Of a stretch of DNA of 64,000 nucleotides, positions 1-12,576 are shown one piece after another. The DNA is from Marsupella aquatica. Its lineage: Eukaryota; Plantae; Marchantiophyta. Position 1 is the stretch's first letter, and every line of letters starts with the position of its first letter. Made by a program: the position numbers and the translations under genes. Below the pieces are notes generated by a model. That model was not told the origin of the DNA, searched no databases, and was given only the letters and a program-made list of their open reading frames with translations. Where the stretch lies: positions 6,481,708 to 6,545,707 of the forward strand of contig OZ316891.1 of NCBI GenBank assembly GCA_973895155.1. The letters run 5' to 3'.

Positions 1-636
1 TGTATAGATAGTGTGGTATGCTCTCGTCTGCCACAGAGACGCACATCATTTGAGTCACAATCTCACTTCATAGCTGGGCTCTTGTCAAAGCTAGTTGGCA
101 GGTCCATTATTCCACAATAGCTTCGCATGGCCTGAACTGTGTGTCACAGATGAATTCGCATACTTTCCTTGATTTTGCTACTAAGGATCTCCTGTATGAT
201 AGTTTCCAAAACCCAACTCCTTTACAATCATCCGTCTGCTACATGGTCAGGTCCAGTTCAGCTTTAATAATATTTTCATACACACAGGGCTTTTTCACGG
301 CTTAAATTTATGAACGATGTGCATAGATTTAATCTATTTTCTCTAAAAATCTGCATCCGGTAAGGTAGTTACACAAGAATATCTTTTAGTTTTTGGAAAA
401 AGGATAGGAAAAACTTTTAGTCCGAGCATTCAATCTAGCCTCAATATACACTGCAAGGGGTAATTATAGCATGAGAGCAAACAATGAAAAAAATCCATTT
501 GAATAAAAAAACCCCACTTCACTAGCAAAGTTAATCCCCAGCTAGCCAACATGGTTAATAAATTCCAAATTTGCAAGTACTCTTTTGGCTAGTAGACTCG
601 CTGAAAAATATAAAGCACTCAAAATATAAAAACCGG

Positions 637-846
637 CAAAAATCAAAAGAATTTAAAACCCACTAGTGAGTTGCTAAGAACATTCTCCTTGTTATGAAAT
701 TCCTGTTTGCTTGCATCATACTGTACCTCCACTGCCAGCAAACATCAAAAGAATTTAAAACCCACTGTCTAGTGACTTGCTAAGAACATTCTCCTTGCTA
801 TCAAAATTCCTGTTTGCTTGCATCATACAATACCTCACTGCCAGCA
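637..846 (+). repeat. Tandem duplication, 2 x ~105 bp
   Basis: ATCAAAAGAATTTAAAACCCACT...CATTCTCCTTG...TTCCTGTTTGCTTGCATCATA...CACTGCCAGCA occurs twice in succession. Confidence 0.85.
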
Positions 847-1419
847 TCCATGCAAAGCTAAAAAACAATTTGCAAAATGTCTACAAAAAGGAGTTCTTGC
901 TACGTGTCACCCAGCAGCAGGTCTCCTTTCCACCAGATTACTAAAGAGTCACCATAATTGAACCTTGGCCCTCCAATCTTCTCTATTGGCTGTTTAGAGC
1001 ATGGCCTTTGGCACTTCAAGCCCCACTGAGTCCATGAGGTCCCTTCACGGTTGAATAAGTGTAACATGTTGGCTAAACCCTAAACCTGATGCCAGTTGAA
1101 ATGCTTACAGGAATCAAGGTGGTTGTGTCCCAAAAGCTTGCAGGAGATATGCTTGAGCACAGCCCGGGAGCACAGAGCTAGAATATGGCATTATATTGTT
1201 GCCAGCAGTTCAAATTGCTTCAAAGCATATCTGGTGTCCAAACTTAAATTGTATCAAAGCATTGTCACAACTTTGAACTATCATTTTTTGTTTTTTTGGT
1301 AAAAAGTGACTGTGCCCAAAATGTATACCAAACGGCCATTGTGGCAAAGACCAGCAAGGCAAAGAGAAGACACATTCAAAGGGCCAAGGAGCATGGGCCA
1401 AGGAACATGTCAACCAAGC

Positions 1420-1707
1420 CTCGGGGGTTTCACTTCCATAGAATTGACACATCACGTAAGACTAAGACTAAGGTAGTTTTGGGTTTTAAGAAAAGACTTG
1501 GAATTTTTTGCCGTGGAAGAACTTTATGGTCTTTTAAACCCAATTTTGAGTTTGTAAGAACATTAGGGTCCTTGTAATCAAATTTTCTGAAAATATTCCA
1601 ATTTCATAGGGTTTTTTTTCAAATAGATGTTTTCTTATATTTTCAGGGGTACGCGGCTTAGAAACACCGCAGGTGATGCGGGGCTTCTATGTAGTGAGAC
1701 CCCCTTG
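1420..1707 (-). mobile_element. Older, diverged copy of the CTCGGGGGT-TIR MITE family
   Basis: Left end CTCGGGGGTTTCAC, right end GTGAGACCCCCTTG. Flanks AACCAAGC/AACCAAGT form a 7/8 TSD. It is a reverse-oriented relative of 20176-20472. Confidence 0.8.
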
Positions 1708-4700
1708 AACCAAGTGCACAATGGCACAATGCCAAACACCTTACGGTAGCCCGAGATTGTCAAAAAGCTGGCCCAAAGCAGCCTAAGGCCGAGACAAAGC
1801 CTGAGTCAGATGGGATCGAGGTCAACAACCATAGCACAGAATTGAAAGGAAACCAAAACCATATTCAAAAGAAGGGGGCCAACCTATAGGTAAGTGGGAA
1901 TTTGCCAACAGCATTCTTTGTGAAAGTATAGGTGGCAATGAGAGGACATCCAACCCCAAAGCAAGCAATTGAGCGTACGTGCAGAAAGCAACCCTCAAAG
2001 CACGGAAAATAACAAGAAGCTCACTAGGGTCCCTAAATTTGCACTCATTGTGAAAGTATGGTCCCTTCCTAGCCTTGCCATGTTCACCTAGTTAGTGTCA
2101 AATCCAATAAGGAGTATGCTGATACTCTCATCTTACCGCTTGAGAGTGAAAGGCAATGCCTGGTCTGATGGCAAGTGCCCCTTCTTTGTAGGGTCTAGAA
2201 ATAGTGTCCAATGCAACATACAAGAGCCTTTTCTTGGCAGTGTCATCACTCCTTCCCCACAACAAAATACAAAAAATTATTTTTTTAATCACTTATATCC
2301 AATCTTCTAGATGCTAAGCAATATAACATGGTACACTGGGATCGCACAAAGAACATGCTCCAGAAGGACCAGCCTACCAAGTTGTGTACTTAAGACAATA
2401 TCCAATTGGTCCAATGTCGCAATCATTATCATTATCCGCCTCTTGCACTGGTTGGATGCCATTGCCAATGGGACAGCCCAGGTAAGTGATGACCTCCCCT
2501 TTGCTAGAATGCAACACCCAGTTCTCTGTATCCAATCAGGTCACTTTGAATCATATTAGAGGTAAGTGATAAGATTTATGGATGTTAAGAAGAGCACCAG
2601 AGATATGTGTATGACGTTACAAGCAGTATGAAATTTCTCTTCTATGGCATTGAGAAATAGACAAGTGTCATCAGCAACTTAGATGGCACTACCATAGGAA
2701 GACAGAAACTGAAATGTTTGTATCGAGCATGAAAATTCATGTTCCATCATATTATAGTGTAGTTGGGACTATTTAAGTGACTGGAAACCATTGTCATATC
2801 ATCATGTTGGGACCACTTTGGGACTATTGAAATGACAAAAAATCATTGACATGTCGTGGTCCTTACAGTCAGCTAGAAATTACTTACTAATGATGGTCGT
2901 CATTTCAGTCTGGTTGGAATGACATAGTTAAATTAAGTTGTCATAAAGGGTTAAATTTTGGCAATCATTTTTGTGGTCATTTTGGGTGTTCTCCACAATA
3001 GGGAGGTGTTTTATGTTATACAAATCAATGAAAGAGAAATGATATATGTTGCTTTGTCACTGCCTTGTTCCCACAAGAGGGGATGTCCCCGTGAGACCTT
3101 TGGATGATAGAAGAATGAAAGAGGTACCTCAAACTGTACATCACTTTATTGCTTTGTGTATTGGGTCTCCCTAACACTTTGCATAAAAAAACAACCAAAT
3201 CTTTTAGAGCAAAATAAATTAACCGAGCTCCACACAGAATCCACAAGTGCCACAACCCTTCAATAAGTCCTACTGCATTGTTTCTATGACAATGTTGTAA
3301 ATTAGTAGGTTTCCGGTATCTTGCTGACACCTAGCAAAAACATGTCGTTGGCACGTATTTCACCCGATTAATTGTTTTTAAGAGCATTGTGCCTCATAGA
3401 AATTTATACTAAATTCATGCAGACTGTCAAGTCTAGGATTTAATCTCCTCCCTTTTCCCCGGCCAGCATATTTTTCCAGCCCAACTATTTTGGAGTGACA
3501 CTTTACTGGACTGGGTGCAATTCTGTAAAATTGAATTATATATGTGCAAACTTAATTACTACTACTGTATGGATTGTAGGTGGGGACTGCAATTGCAAAA
3601 TTCACTTCCCAAATCAGGTTCTTTTGGCGGTTTAGGGGGGCTTTACAAGACTGTGGGTGCCATTCAGTGTCTCTCCATCCAGAGCTGGCCATTTCCTTAC
3701 ACAAAAGTTAAAATGCCTGAGCCAAAATGTGTCAGGTTTGGAAATAATCAATGTAATTCCCTGAAAATAAGCTACTTTTTGCTCCAGGTTTTTAGTTCTA
3801 AGTTTTTGACCAAAAAAACTTGCACACATCAGCAAAAAAGGGGCCCACTGACAAATGACTAGGTTTGGTAATGCTTTTGTTTGATTGTGCCCCCAAGTTC
3901 ATGTAAAGTGAAGTGTGGCCAGTTCCCACATATGAACGACTAGGATTGCATCTCTCACTTAGGAAAAAAAGTAATTGCTGCCCCCAAATTCTTGTAAAGC
4001 CACCCTTAGTGGGTGGCAAGGAGAAAGGTGGAGATGCACTTATTACAGATTCAGTTTGTGGGTGGGGCATTAATGAATCCCAAACGAAAAACAAGCAGTG
4101 ACTCCATAGAAATAAGCCTGTTCCACCATCAGTCCACAGGTGTACCTGTCGCATTTGCTGCGATGGTGGTTTTTTCTTCGGGCTCCTCTCCCTTTTGGTC
4201 TCTCCTCTCGCCCCATGAAGGCCTTCACTTCACAGTCATCTCCCTGAAGCTCTCAGAAACAAGCAGTAGCACATTCTTTTATGTGGGATCTCTACATGAG
4301 AAGGTACCCCGTACTCGATTTGCAGGAGAAGCTAGTTCCAACGACGAGTCTGAATCTGACCCCACAAATGGATCGACCAGAGGAGCAGGCACAAAATGAT
4401 GAGACCCATCACCGACCGAATGTCCATTCGACTTCCTGGGGTAGAGAATTGGAGTTCAAGAAGTGCGAAGTGATACCTTGAAAAGATGAAAAGCTGGAAA
4501 GTGTGGATCCCGTGGAGTAATTTGTGCGCTGTATTGTTAGCTTGAGGGAGACTCCCGTGCCTTCAAATCAAATTTGTGATTCATGGTCCATTGTTTTACT
4601 GGCGGTTGCCGCGGTCTCATGTCCCTGCCCTGTGGATTCTAGACATACACCTTTCTGGCTCTTAATTGGCTTGTATCGTCAATGCGGGTGTTCTTCTTAT

Positions 4701-5107
4701 GCCTGTCGGTCGGCAGATTCTTTGAGAAGGAGAGAAGTAAGGTGGGCCGGCTTGTTTCTCTCTTTTGAGGTAGCTGTGGGTTCTTGGAGCCCAGCCTTGT
4801 GAAAGAGATTCAGATGGATTACTGCATTGAACTTCCATCAATGATGACTGGGTAGACGGCGCAATGGGTCAAGGTGAAAGATGTATTCAATGCAATGTTG
4901 TTGGACGTGAAGTGGTCACAGTTTCCGTGGAACATACTTGACCGAGGAGCTCGAAATGGAAGATCATTTGCCAGTGTAACGCTTACCCCAACCAAACCAA
5001 TGGAGAAGCGCAGCTGTTGAGGTTTATCTGAAGGCTGAGTAGGCATGGGCTCCAAAGTGGACACGTTTCAGAGGCCAACCTGTTTTAGCCAATTCCTGCC
5101 GAAAGGA

Positions 5108-5397
5108 ATGTGGGTCCTCTTCACTCTTCTCAGCTTAGGGTTTCTGTCGACATTGTCTGGGTTGGAGGAGCAGAAGGCCCCATACAGAATGCAAACGTTG
5201 TTCTCGGTGGAGTGCAGTCCCTACTTTGACTGGCAGACGGTCGGACTGATGCATAGTTTCAGGAAAGCAAAGCAGCCTTGGCCCATCACTCGCTTGCTGA
5301 GTTGCACTGACCAAAAGTTGGAGGAGTACAAGAACCTCGACATTGCTCCCACTCATGTGGTTCCGTCTATGACAGTCCACCCTGTCACAGGAGACAT
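5108..5397 (+). pseudogene. SERGT1: Orphan first exon of peptidyl-serine alpha-galactosyltransferase (SERGT1/SGT1-like)
   Basis: A signal-peptide-like MWVLFTLLSLGFL is followed by APYRMQTLFSVECSPYFDWQTVGLMHSFRKAKQPWPITRLLSCTD...HPVTGD, matching my recollection of the plant SERGT1 N-terminus. It ends at a GTAAG donor (5398). No later exons are recognisable before the NLR gene. Confidence 0.85.
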
Positions 5398-6512
5398 GTA
5401 AGCCTACTTTAGGTGGTAAAAATTTGTTTTAATTTTGAGTTTTAGATTCGACTAATCGATAGGAAAGACGAATACCTGAATGGATGACTGAACAACTGGA
5501 CGAAGCAGGAAGTGTTAAAGGGGAAAACAAAAGAAATTTTCTTGTTTATTGAAATTCTACGCAGATATTGCAGATTGATTGAATTTTGAAGCACAGATTG
5601 AGAATAATTCAAATGCAAATGTTTTCTGCTCTTTTTCTTTTTTTGGCTTTTGTTTGTCACATTCAAACAATTTGTACAACTAAAGTTTAGATTGTAAGGT
5701 GAACTTGTTTATGAAAATGAGAAAGTTGTAATGGAAGTTGACAAAGTAGTTGAAATTTCGAACTTCTGAGTGGAGTTTGCTCGCCAGGAGTTTGGTGATT
5801 TCTTGTGCGAAGGTTTTTAAACTTGCGTTATTTGGCACGTGGTTGTATCGGGAGTAGAGGGGCATTGCAGATGGGATAGATTACTTCTATTTATTTATTT
5901 ATTTATTTGCATTTTTTGACAGTTTTAGTATCACGGATGTATTAGTTTTGTGATGGTCACAATTTCAACGTGTCGACCCCTCCCCCTTGTAACTTTTATG
6001 TATTGACCACAGTTCTAACCATGGTTTGCTAGGCTAGCGGGCTACGTGGCGGTGATAAGCTACAACGTTTTTGAGAAGTTGCAAAAATTGATGTTTAGTA
6101 GTGGTTGCTAAGAGCCCATCCTAGTGTGCAGATCTTCTTCACTTTTATCTCCAGGATAAAGCTAAAGATAATACACAAAACACAACTAATTATGCAAATA
6201 AACAAGGGGGTCCACTGATTAATTCTCACTTGGAGAAAAGAAAGAATATCTCTTACGTGTAAACAAGTTCCTTGCATTATGATTGATTTCAAAATTTGGA
6301 AATCTACTTAAAGGGAAATTAACAAAAGAATCTAGGATAACATAGATGACAAACATTGAGAGGGGGCAAAATAGGCTGAAAATCCAATTAATACAAATGA
6401 TGCACCTTGTTTAGGCACATTGAAAATAAAAATACACAAAAAAAAGTTTGGGTAAGATAAAATATTGATGAAAGGTGAATGGGGTATTTACAAACGACTT
6501 GAGACGGTTTGC

Positions 6513-6617
6513 TACTTTCCTTGATTTTGCTACTAAGGATCTCCTGTATGATAGTTTCCAAAACCCAACTCCTTTACAATCATCCGTCCGCTACGTGGTC
6601 AGGTCCAGTTCAGCTTT
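6513..6617 (+). repeat. 105-bp copy of 161-265 just upstream of NLR copy 1
   Basis: TACTTTCCTTGATTTTGCTACTAAGGAT...GTCCAGTTCAGCTTT occurs at 161-265, 6513-6617 and 58552-58656, and inverted at 55469-55573. Confidence 0.9.
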
Positions 6618-9600
6618 GATTTCAGGCTCGGGTTTTTTCTATTTAGCATGAATGATCTAGCTAGGACTGTGTTCACATCCCGATCCCTTCAAATGCGATC
6701 GTGCGATAATTGTAAGAACAAAATGATCGGGATTTGCAACTAACAGTACCGACGGTCACGATAGAGCTCTCTTCGATCTTCTCCTATCTACCAGATGGTT
6801 ATAATAACAGAGGTGAAGTCCTGCCTAGATCTGGTCCTAAAAGCGTCCGAGTTTGCTAACCAGCTCCAAGATGGTTGGTACAAAGGTTCCGCTGAGGTGG
6901 AGTCATTCAAAGCCCAAGTCTCGATACTTCGTCAGAAGCATGATCAGTGGAGCGCTCAGCTACGGAGGCATGGGGTTTCGGAGGACGAACGGCTTTTGCG
7001 GGCAGTGCAGGCAGCCGTTCAGGTTCTGGACAAGCAAGAGCAATACGTGAGAAGACTCCAGAAAAATCATCTCTTGAGATTGAGGAGAAAGGCATTCCCC
7101 GGCCAGCTTACCTATGTCTTGAAAAATGTCTCGGACATCGTGGACGCTGGGCCTCAGCTGCTGGCCGCAAGGGTTGATACGTTTGATGTGTTGGAGAGAA
7201 TCGTAGCCCTGACTCCGGCTCCATTGCCTTTCATTCCGGATCCCAATTACGTCCCGATTTCAGAGTCTGTTCTAGAGATACGAAAAGCGTTGGAGGATAA
7301 AGAGGGCCCTCGCGTAGTGACTGTGTTTGGAGGGCCCGGACTGGGCAAGAGTAGTGTGGTGAAATATTTAGCACTCCAGTACGAAGAGGAGAGAAAGCAA
7401 GGCTTAAAACAACCCCCGAGCATCCCACTCAGTTTTCCATATGGTGTCTACTATTTGTTTTGTGGAAAGGACGCCCAAGAGAGTATGAAGCAGTTGGAGC
7501 TAGAGCTGGTCGAGTGTCTGGGCTTTGGACCGGGTTCAAGTTCAGCTCCACTGAATGACCAGACGGGTAACGGAATGCAGGAAGGCGGCTATCTTCAACT
7601 ACCTTTACATCGAATGAAGCTTAGATCACGCTTAGCTGAGCAAACCTTGCTCATTGTACTGGATGATGTATGGGAGCGGCAGGTTTTGCAACAGCTCTTG
7701 CAATTGGTTCCTGCGAAGGGAGTACGATTTCTCGTAACATCCCAGATGAAAGAAATTTGGGATTCTGCTGCAAAAGTCCAGATGAGATATCCGAATCTTG
7801 CAGAAGCCACGCAAATCATGTCGAATTACACAAACGGACTTACGATGAAGGGAAAATTTCCTGACAACATTCAGGTACAACTTCAAATCTTGCTACTGCA
7901 GTTTTCTGTCTGAGGTTCAGGGAACTGTCTGTGGATGTCTTGCTTTCACTTGAATTAATGTTAGCAGCCCTTGCGTCGTTGATTGCTACCAACCGTTCAA
8001 AGTGTACAAGCAAAGAGATCTTAAACCGTAATAGTAACTGTTATCCATAAAGGATTTACTGATTTCGAGCGTTTTCCATTGCCTGTAGAGTGTGATTAAT
8101 GCCATCATCAGGAAAGTAGGCTACCTTCCACTATCTTTGGCTCATGTTGGCATCAGCGTAAACAGTAGCAGAGCAACTGATGCAAGTCATTGGGAAGCGA
8201 TCAATGATAATTTACATCAAGTTCTTCTGCACGAGGACGACTTCCAGGTCAGTCCGGGTATGTATGAGAAATATTACGATCGCACAGTCGCGACCTCAAT
8301 GATGCTCATGGTGGAGTCTTTGACTGCAAGTCCAGATGCAAGGCGACTCCTCTTCTTGATTGCATTGTTAGAGGGCGACCATTTGCCAGAAACCCTGGTG
8401 AGGTATTTTTACAAATGGATTCAACCGGCTCAATCCACAGCTTTCCACAAATGGAACTACGAGAACCAGGAGAAGTACCTGGCAGACAGGTCATTGATTG
8501 ATTTGCACATGCAAGGAAATGAGTCAACGTGGGAGAGGATGCCCTACATGCGGGGGCAAAGAACTTTGGCTGGTCATTGCTTGAGGATGCGCTTCATTCG
8601 GGAGAGGAAGTCTCTCGAAGTGCGGTCCATCGCTGCTCAAATATTAAAAAGCAGTAATCAAGGTGGAACTGAACTTATTGAGAAAGGGGACGCAGAGGCA
8701 ACGCTGTGACTATCTTGAGTGCAATTTACTTCCAAGAACCGTTCACGGATGTCCTAGTAAATACTCTCGAAAAGCATCGTCGAACAATCTATGATGGCAC
8801 CATTGCTCGGAGCCTCAGTACGGGCATCGATCCACATGATCTTGTAAAGATGACAAGGCGAACGACAAGGTACGAAATCAAAGATCTAGTCTGGCTCATT
8901 AATGTCGATCGTGGAGATCCTGCTTGGAAGCAGCAAGCACATGGGTATGCCAAAAAGGTACGACTGCCTATCATATTCTGCCAAAACAATTCGCCTTCAA
9001 ATACCATAGTACATATCTCAGCTGGAAAAAATCAACCGTGATTAGTGATGCACGCAATGTCCAATTCCTTCGTTCTAAATTTTCAGTGTCTGTGAGTAAA
9101 ATTGAAATCCATACTGACTTGATGCTTAACTGGCCTGAGAACACGATTTAAGATTGAAAGGAATAGAAATTATGGAGAATAATGGGATTGCCAGGTCTGC
9201 AATCCAAGGTTCGATGTAGTTCACAAAACCAGAATGCCACTATTAAAGCTATGACAAAGTACACAGTAAACTATGGATCGACTTCGTGTTTCATCTGGTT
9301 TCTCCCAATTCAAGCATCAATTGTTTACTAATGACACTTACGTTTCCTATTTGGTGATAGATTATTATCAAGCTAGCCTATCAAGGCAAATTGGACGACA
9401 ACAGTATGGCAAGCTTGCTTCAACTCCCTCAAACAACCTCAGTTGCATGTGCAGTAGTCAAGGGCTACGGTAATTCCTGGGGTGCTTTTGATGTAATGCC
9501 ACCATTTTCAAGCGCACATGGCGAGACAATGAATGCTCTGCTCGCTCTCTTGCGTGATGATGGTGCATCAACCACCAGACGAGTTCCTGTAATTGGTGCT

Positions 9601-10601
9601 CTTCGGGCTGTACTTCACTACGAGAGCAAAGATACAATCCTCAGCGTGGCCCCTAAGTGTATGGAACTGCTGGCCATGGATTTCAGTGACTCTACTCTCC
9701 AGACTGCTGTAGCGCGAAGCCTTGAAAGGTATACAAGAGAAACAATTGTAATTGGCGAATTTACTGGAATCTCGGATCTCCTCGTGGCGTTACTAGTCTC
9801 CGTAAAAGACTACGAGGTCCGTATTTCTGCAGGACTTTCCCTTGAGAGCTTATGTCGCTGGAAGTGTGCTGCCCTCAAGGTAGCAGCCATACCAGACGCC
9901 GTCGAAAAGCTCTTCAATTTGTTCCTCACAACAGTGACACCCTCACAGGTTGCATCCACTGAGCTGGAAAGTCCATTCCTCTGCAATCGGGCAGGATACA
10001 TATTGATTGAGCTGGCATCCGTGGAAGAGAACAGGATCAAATTCCGTACCATCCAGAGCGGTTCATTACATGGCCTTGGAAATATCCTGGCTCGACTCAA
10101 GGAAACTTGGCAGGGCACTCATAGCGAGCAGCATCGGACAGAATTGATGGAACGAGCTTCTATGGCTGCCGGAATACTGGATCAGCTAGCACGGGACAAG
10201 GAGCTGAGACATTCCATTGCTTCATTGCCTGGGCTTGAGGAAGGTTTGCTATTCTTGCAACTTATCGAGATTGATACAATCAATGATTACACTTGGGTGT
10301 GGCCCATTAATTCTACTAGGGTGCTTACAAAGCTCTGCTACGCTTCAACAAACCCAAGATTGAGAGACGTACCAACTCTGAAACAACTACAAGCAGTATC
10401 TTCTTCTCCAGCGATGGGAGCGAGGGAATGCTTCGGAATATATTGGAGTCGATTTCAAGTCCATTGTGGAATGGGAGCGTACGAGGAGGCTCTTGAAAAC
10501 TTGGAACTCGCTCAACTGCATTTTGACCAGCTCCAGACTCCGGATAGGCTCGGGGTATTGGGAATCGACATAATGGTGATGATGTTCGGTAATATGGCGA
10601 T

Positions 10602-10946
10602 TGTTAGATATTGCTATAGCCTTGTGACTCATGAGCTAACCATAGTTAGTCTAACTCGGGTTAGGATTAAGCTAATGTTAGCGGTAGTGTTGTTGTGCAT
10701 ATAGCCAGGGCTGATGCCAGACCCTGGGTGGAACTTAGGCTCATTGTTACGGAGCTAGTTGAGAGATAGGGAGAGCTTGTGCTGTGGATGTTTGGTATGG
10801 CCGGTCGGCCTAGAGTGCAGTAAAGCTCTTGTGTGTTCCCGTGGACGTAGCCTCATGTGGAGGTGAACCACGTATCTCTCTGTGTCGACTATTGTGCGTT
10901 GGATGGTTCATGGGCTTGCCGTTACGAATGTCGTCTATGCTCAACA
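10602..10946 (+). repeat. 5' LTR of the copia element
   Basis: TGTTAGATA...GCTCAACA; about 11 substitutions relative to 16868-17212 by manual comparison. Confidence 0.97.
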
Positions 10947-10948
10947 AG

Positions 10949-10960
10949 TGGTATCAGAGC
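10949..10960 (+). promoter_or_regulatory. Primer binding site complementary to initiator tRNA-Met
   Basis: TGGTATCAGAGC, 2 nt after the 5' LTR. Confidence 0.95.
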
Positions 10961-12576
10961 ATGCCTGGGAGGTGACGAGGTTTTTTCGTGACGGGTTTTC
11001 CAGCGTTCATTGTCGATGGTACATTAGGAGTTTCGTTGCATGAAACTCGAATGTGTGTGGCTGTACGGATAGGTTAGTGAGAGGGCCTTCTAACGGTGGT
11101 TAGAACTCGCTGATTGTTATCCGTGGTGCGGAGGAATTGAAGTTTGTGTCGTTCATGATTTATTCGTGTTCGACGGTATTTCGGGGGAGAGACCAGAGAT
11201 CGCGTATTTCAACGGTGTGAGCTGTGCGATACGGGAGAGATCGCACATTATAGCTCAAAGTGAAGGTTGAAGCGAGCTGGTCATTTTGGTAGCTGGATTG
11301 TTGTCGAGTTATTACCGAGTGTGACGTGACGAGTGACGGAGGCATTCAGGTTTTTTCACAAGCTATGGAGCTTGTTCTCATCTGAATCGGGTTTCCCTTT
11401 GTGACGTCTGACTCGGTGGAAGAACCGCGAAGTGCTACGGCTCAACGGTTTGATCGCGGCGAGCCGGTTGTTTTGAGCCCGGGATTGGCACTTGACGCGG
11501 AGTGAAGACGTCACGATGAAAAGTTTTACTCTACTTGGAGTTGCAGATTGTACCAGCGCAATTCATCAACTTCACCCATCGGCGGTGGTCACTTTTCTCA
11601 AGCAAATGGCAAGGCAAGAGTGTCATTTTTTGCTTTGAGTGGCAGTTTTTTTTAAGGGTACTATAAGTGATTTTTTCCCCCTTAAAAGCTTTTGCGACAC
11701 TCAGGAGCGCCGGCGCCCCTCCCCGGCGCACGGCGTCGTTTCGCCCCCCCTTCGACCCTGTATCAGGCTGCGGATGCCGTAGCTGCTCCGCTGCCATTCC
11801 CTGTTCGCCCCTTCATACGCCCTGCCCGCATACTCCTGACCTTTATACAGGGTATTTTTGGGTCATAAGGGGCTTTGCACCCCCTTTAGGGCCTTATTTA
11901 ACCCTTTTTCCCCGGCTCTTCAAATTGGCTTTCCCGGGACCGGTGACCCGGCGCTTTAACCGCTTCGACAGGGGGAACTGCCCCTGTGAGACCTGTCGGA
12001 CTGTACGAGAATATTCCCAAAAAACAGAGAGCTGTTTTTTGGCCGTCCGACAAAGATTCCGCGTGCCGAACGATAACTTTTTTGGTTCTTCTTCGGCGTG
12101 GTGGTGGCCATTGGAGTTAGCAATGCGGCGCACCGATCACATCGCGATTCCGACGACAGGTTGTACTGGGTATTTTGGTTATTCTCCAAGGTGGTTAGAA
12201 CGGGGGAGTTTCCCAAGGTTTTACCCACCCCGACCGAAATTTGAATAACTTTTTCGTCAAATTTTGATTGTGATTTCGGCTTTCAGTATTGGACTCCTAG
12301 CTTCGTGGGCTACGCGGTGGTGTTGAGTTTTGAGTTTTATGAGAAGTTTCAAAAAAAGACATTTTTTCGTGATTGTTTCATATGAGTGCCTCGGAGGATA
12401 CTGGAAGAATTGGCGTCAGTAGAGCTTCAGGATTGTGAAGATCAGACGGTGAGTCTGAGGAGGAGCTGCTACCGTTTGAGGAAGAACTAGTGTCACCGGT
12501 AAGATCACCGGTGTGGCGTGCAGTGGAGGAAGCTGTGTTACTACCAGAGCTGTCCGTAGTTAAAAAGAAGAGGGAG

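Larger units (their letters stand above)
1..2111 (+). repeat. Copy A of a ~2.1-kb direct segmental repeat (copy B at 58387-61035)
   Basis: Colinear from TGTATAGATAGTGTGG (1) / TGTATCTAGATAGTGTGG (58387) to AATCCAATAAG (2111 / 61035). The ORF MKCLQESRWLCPKS recurs at 1096 and 59982. Confidence 0.95.

Noticed and set aside
4013-5064. Several 60-130 aa ORFs on both strands upstream of the SERGT1 fragment
   Set aside because: No recognisable motifs and frequent stops. They may be another decayed captured fragment, but I cannot support that.
6091-6103. Possible CACTA right end (ATGTTTAGTAGTG)
   Set aside because: I could not find a matching left TIR or 3-bp TSD.
11667-12248. 193-aa ORF in the copia leader
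   Set aside because: Low-complexity Pro/Arg/Cys composition typical of GC-rich non-coding DNA; no domain recognised.
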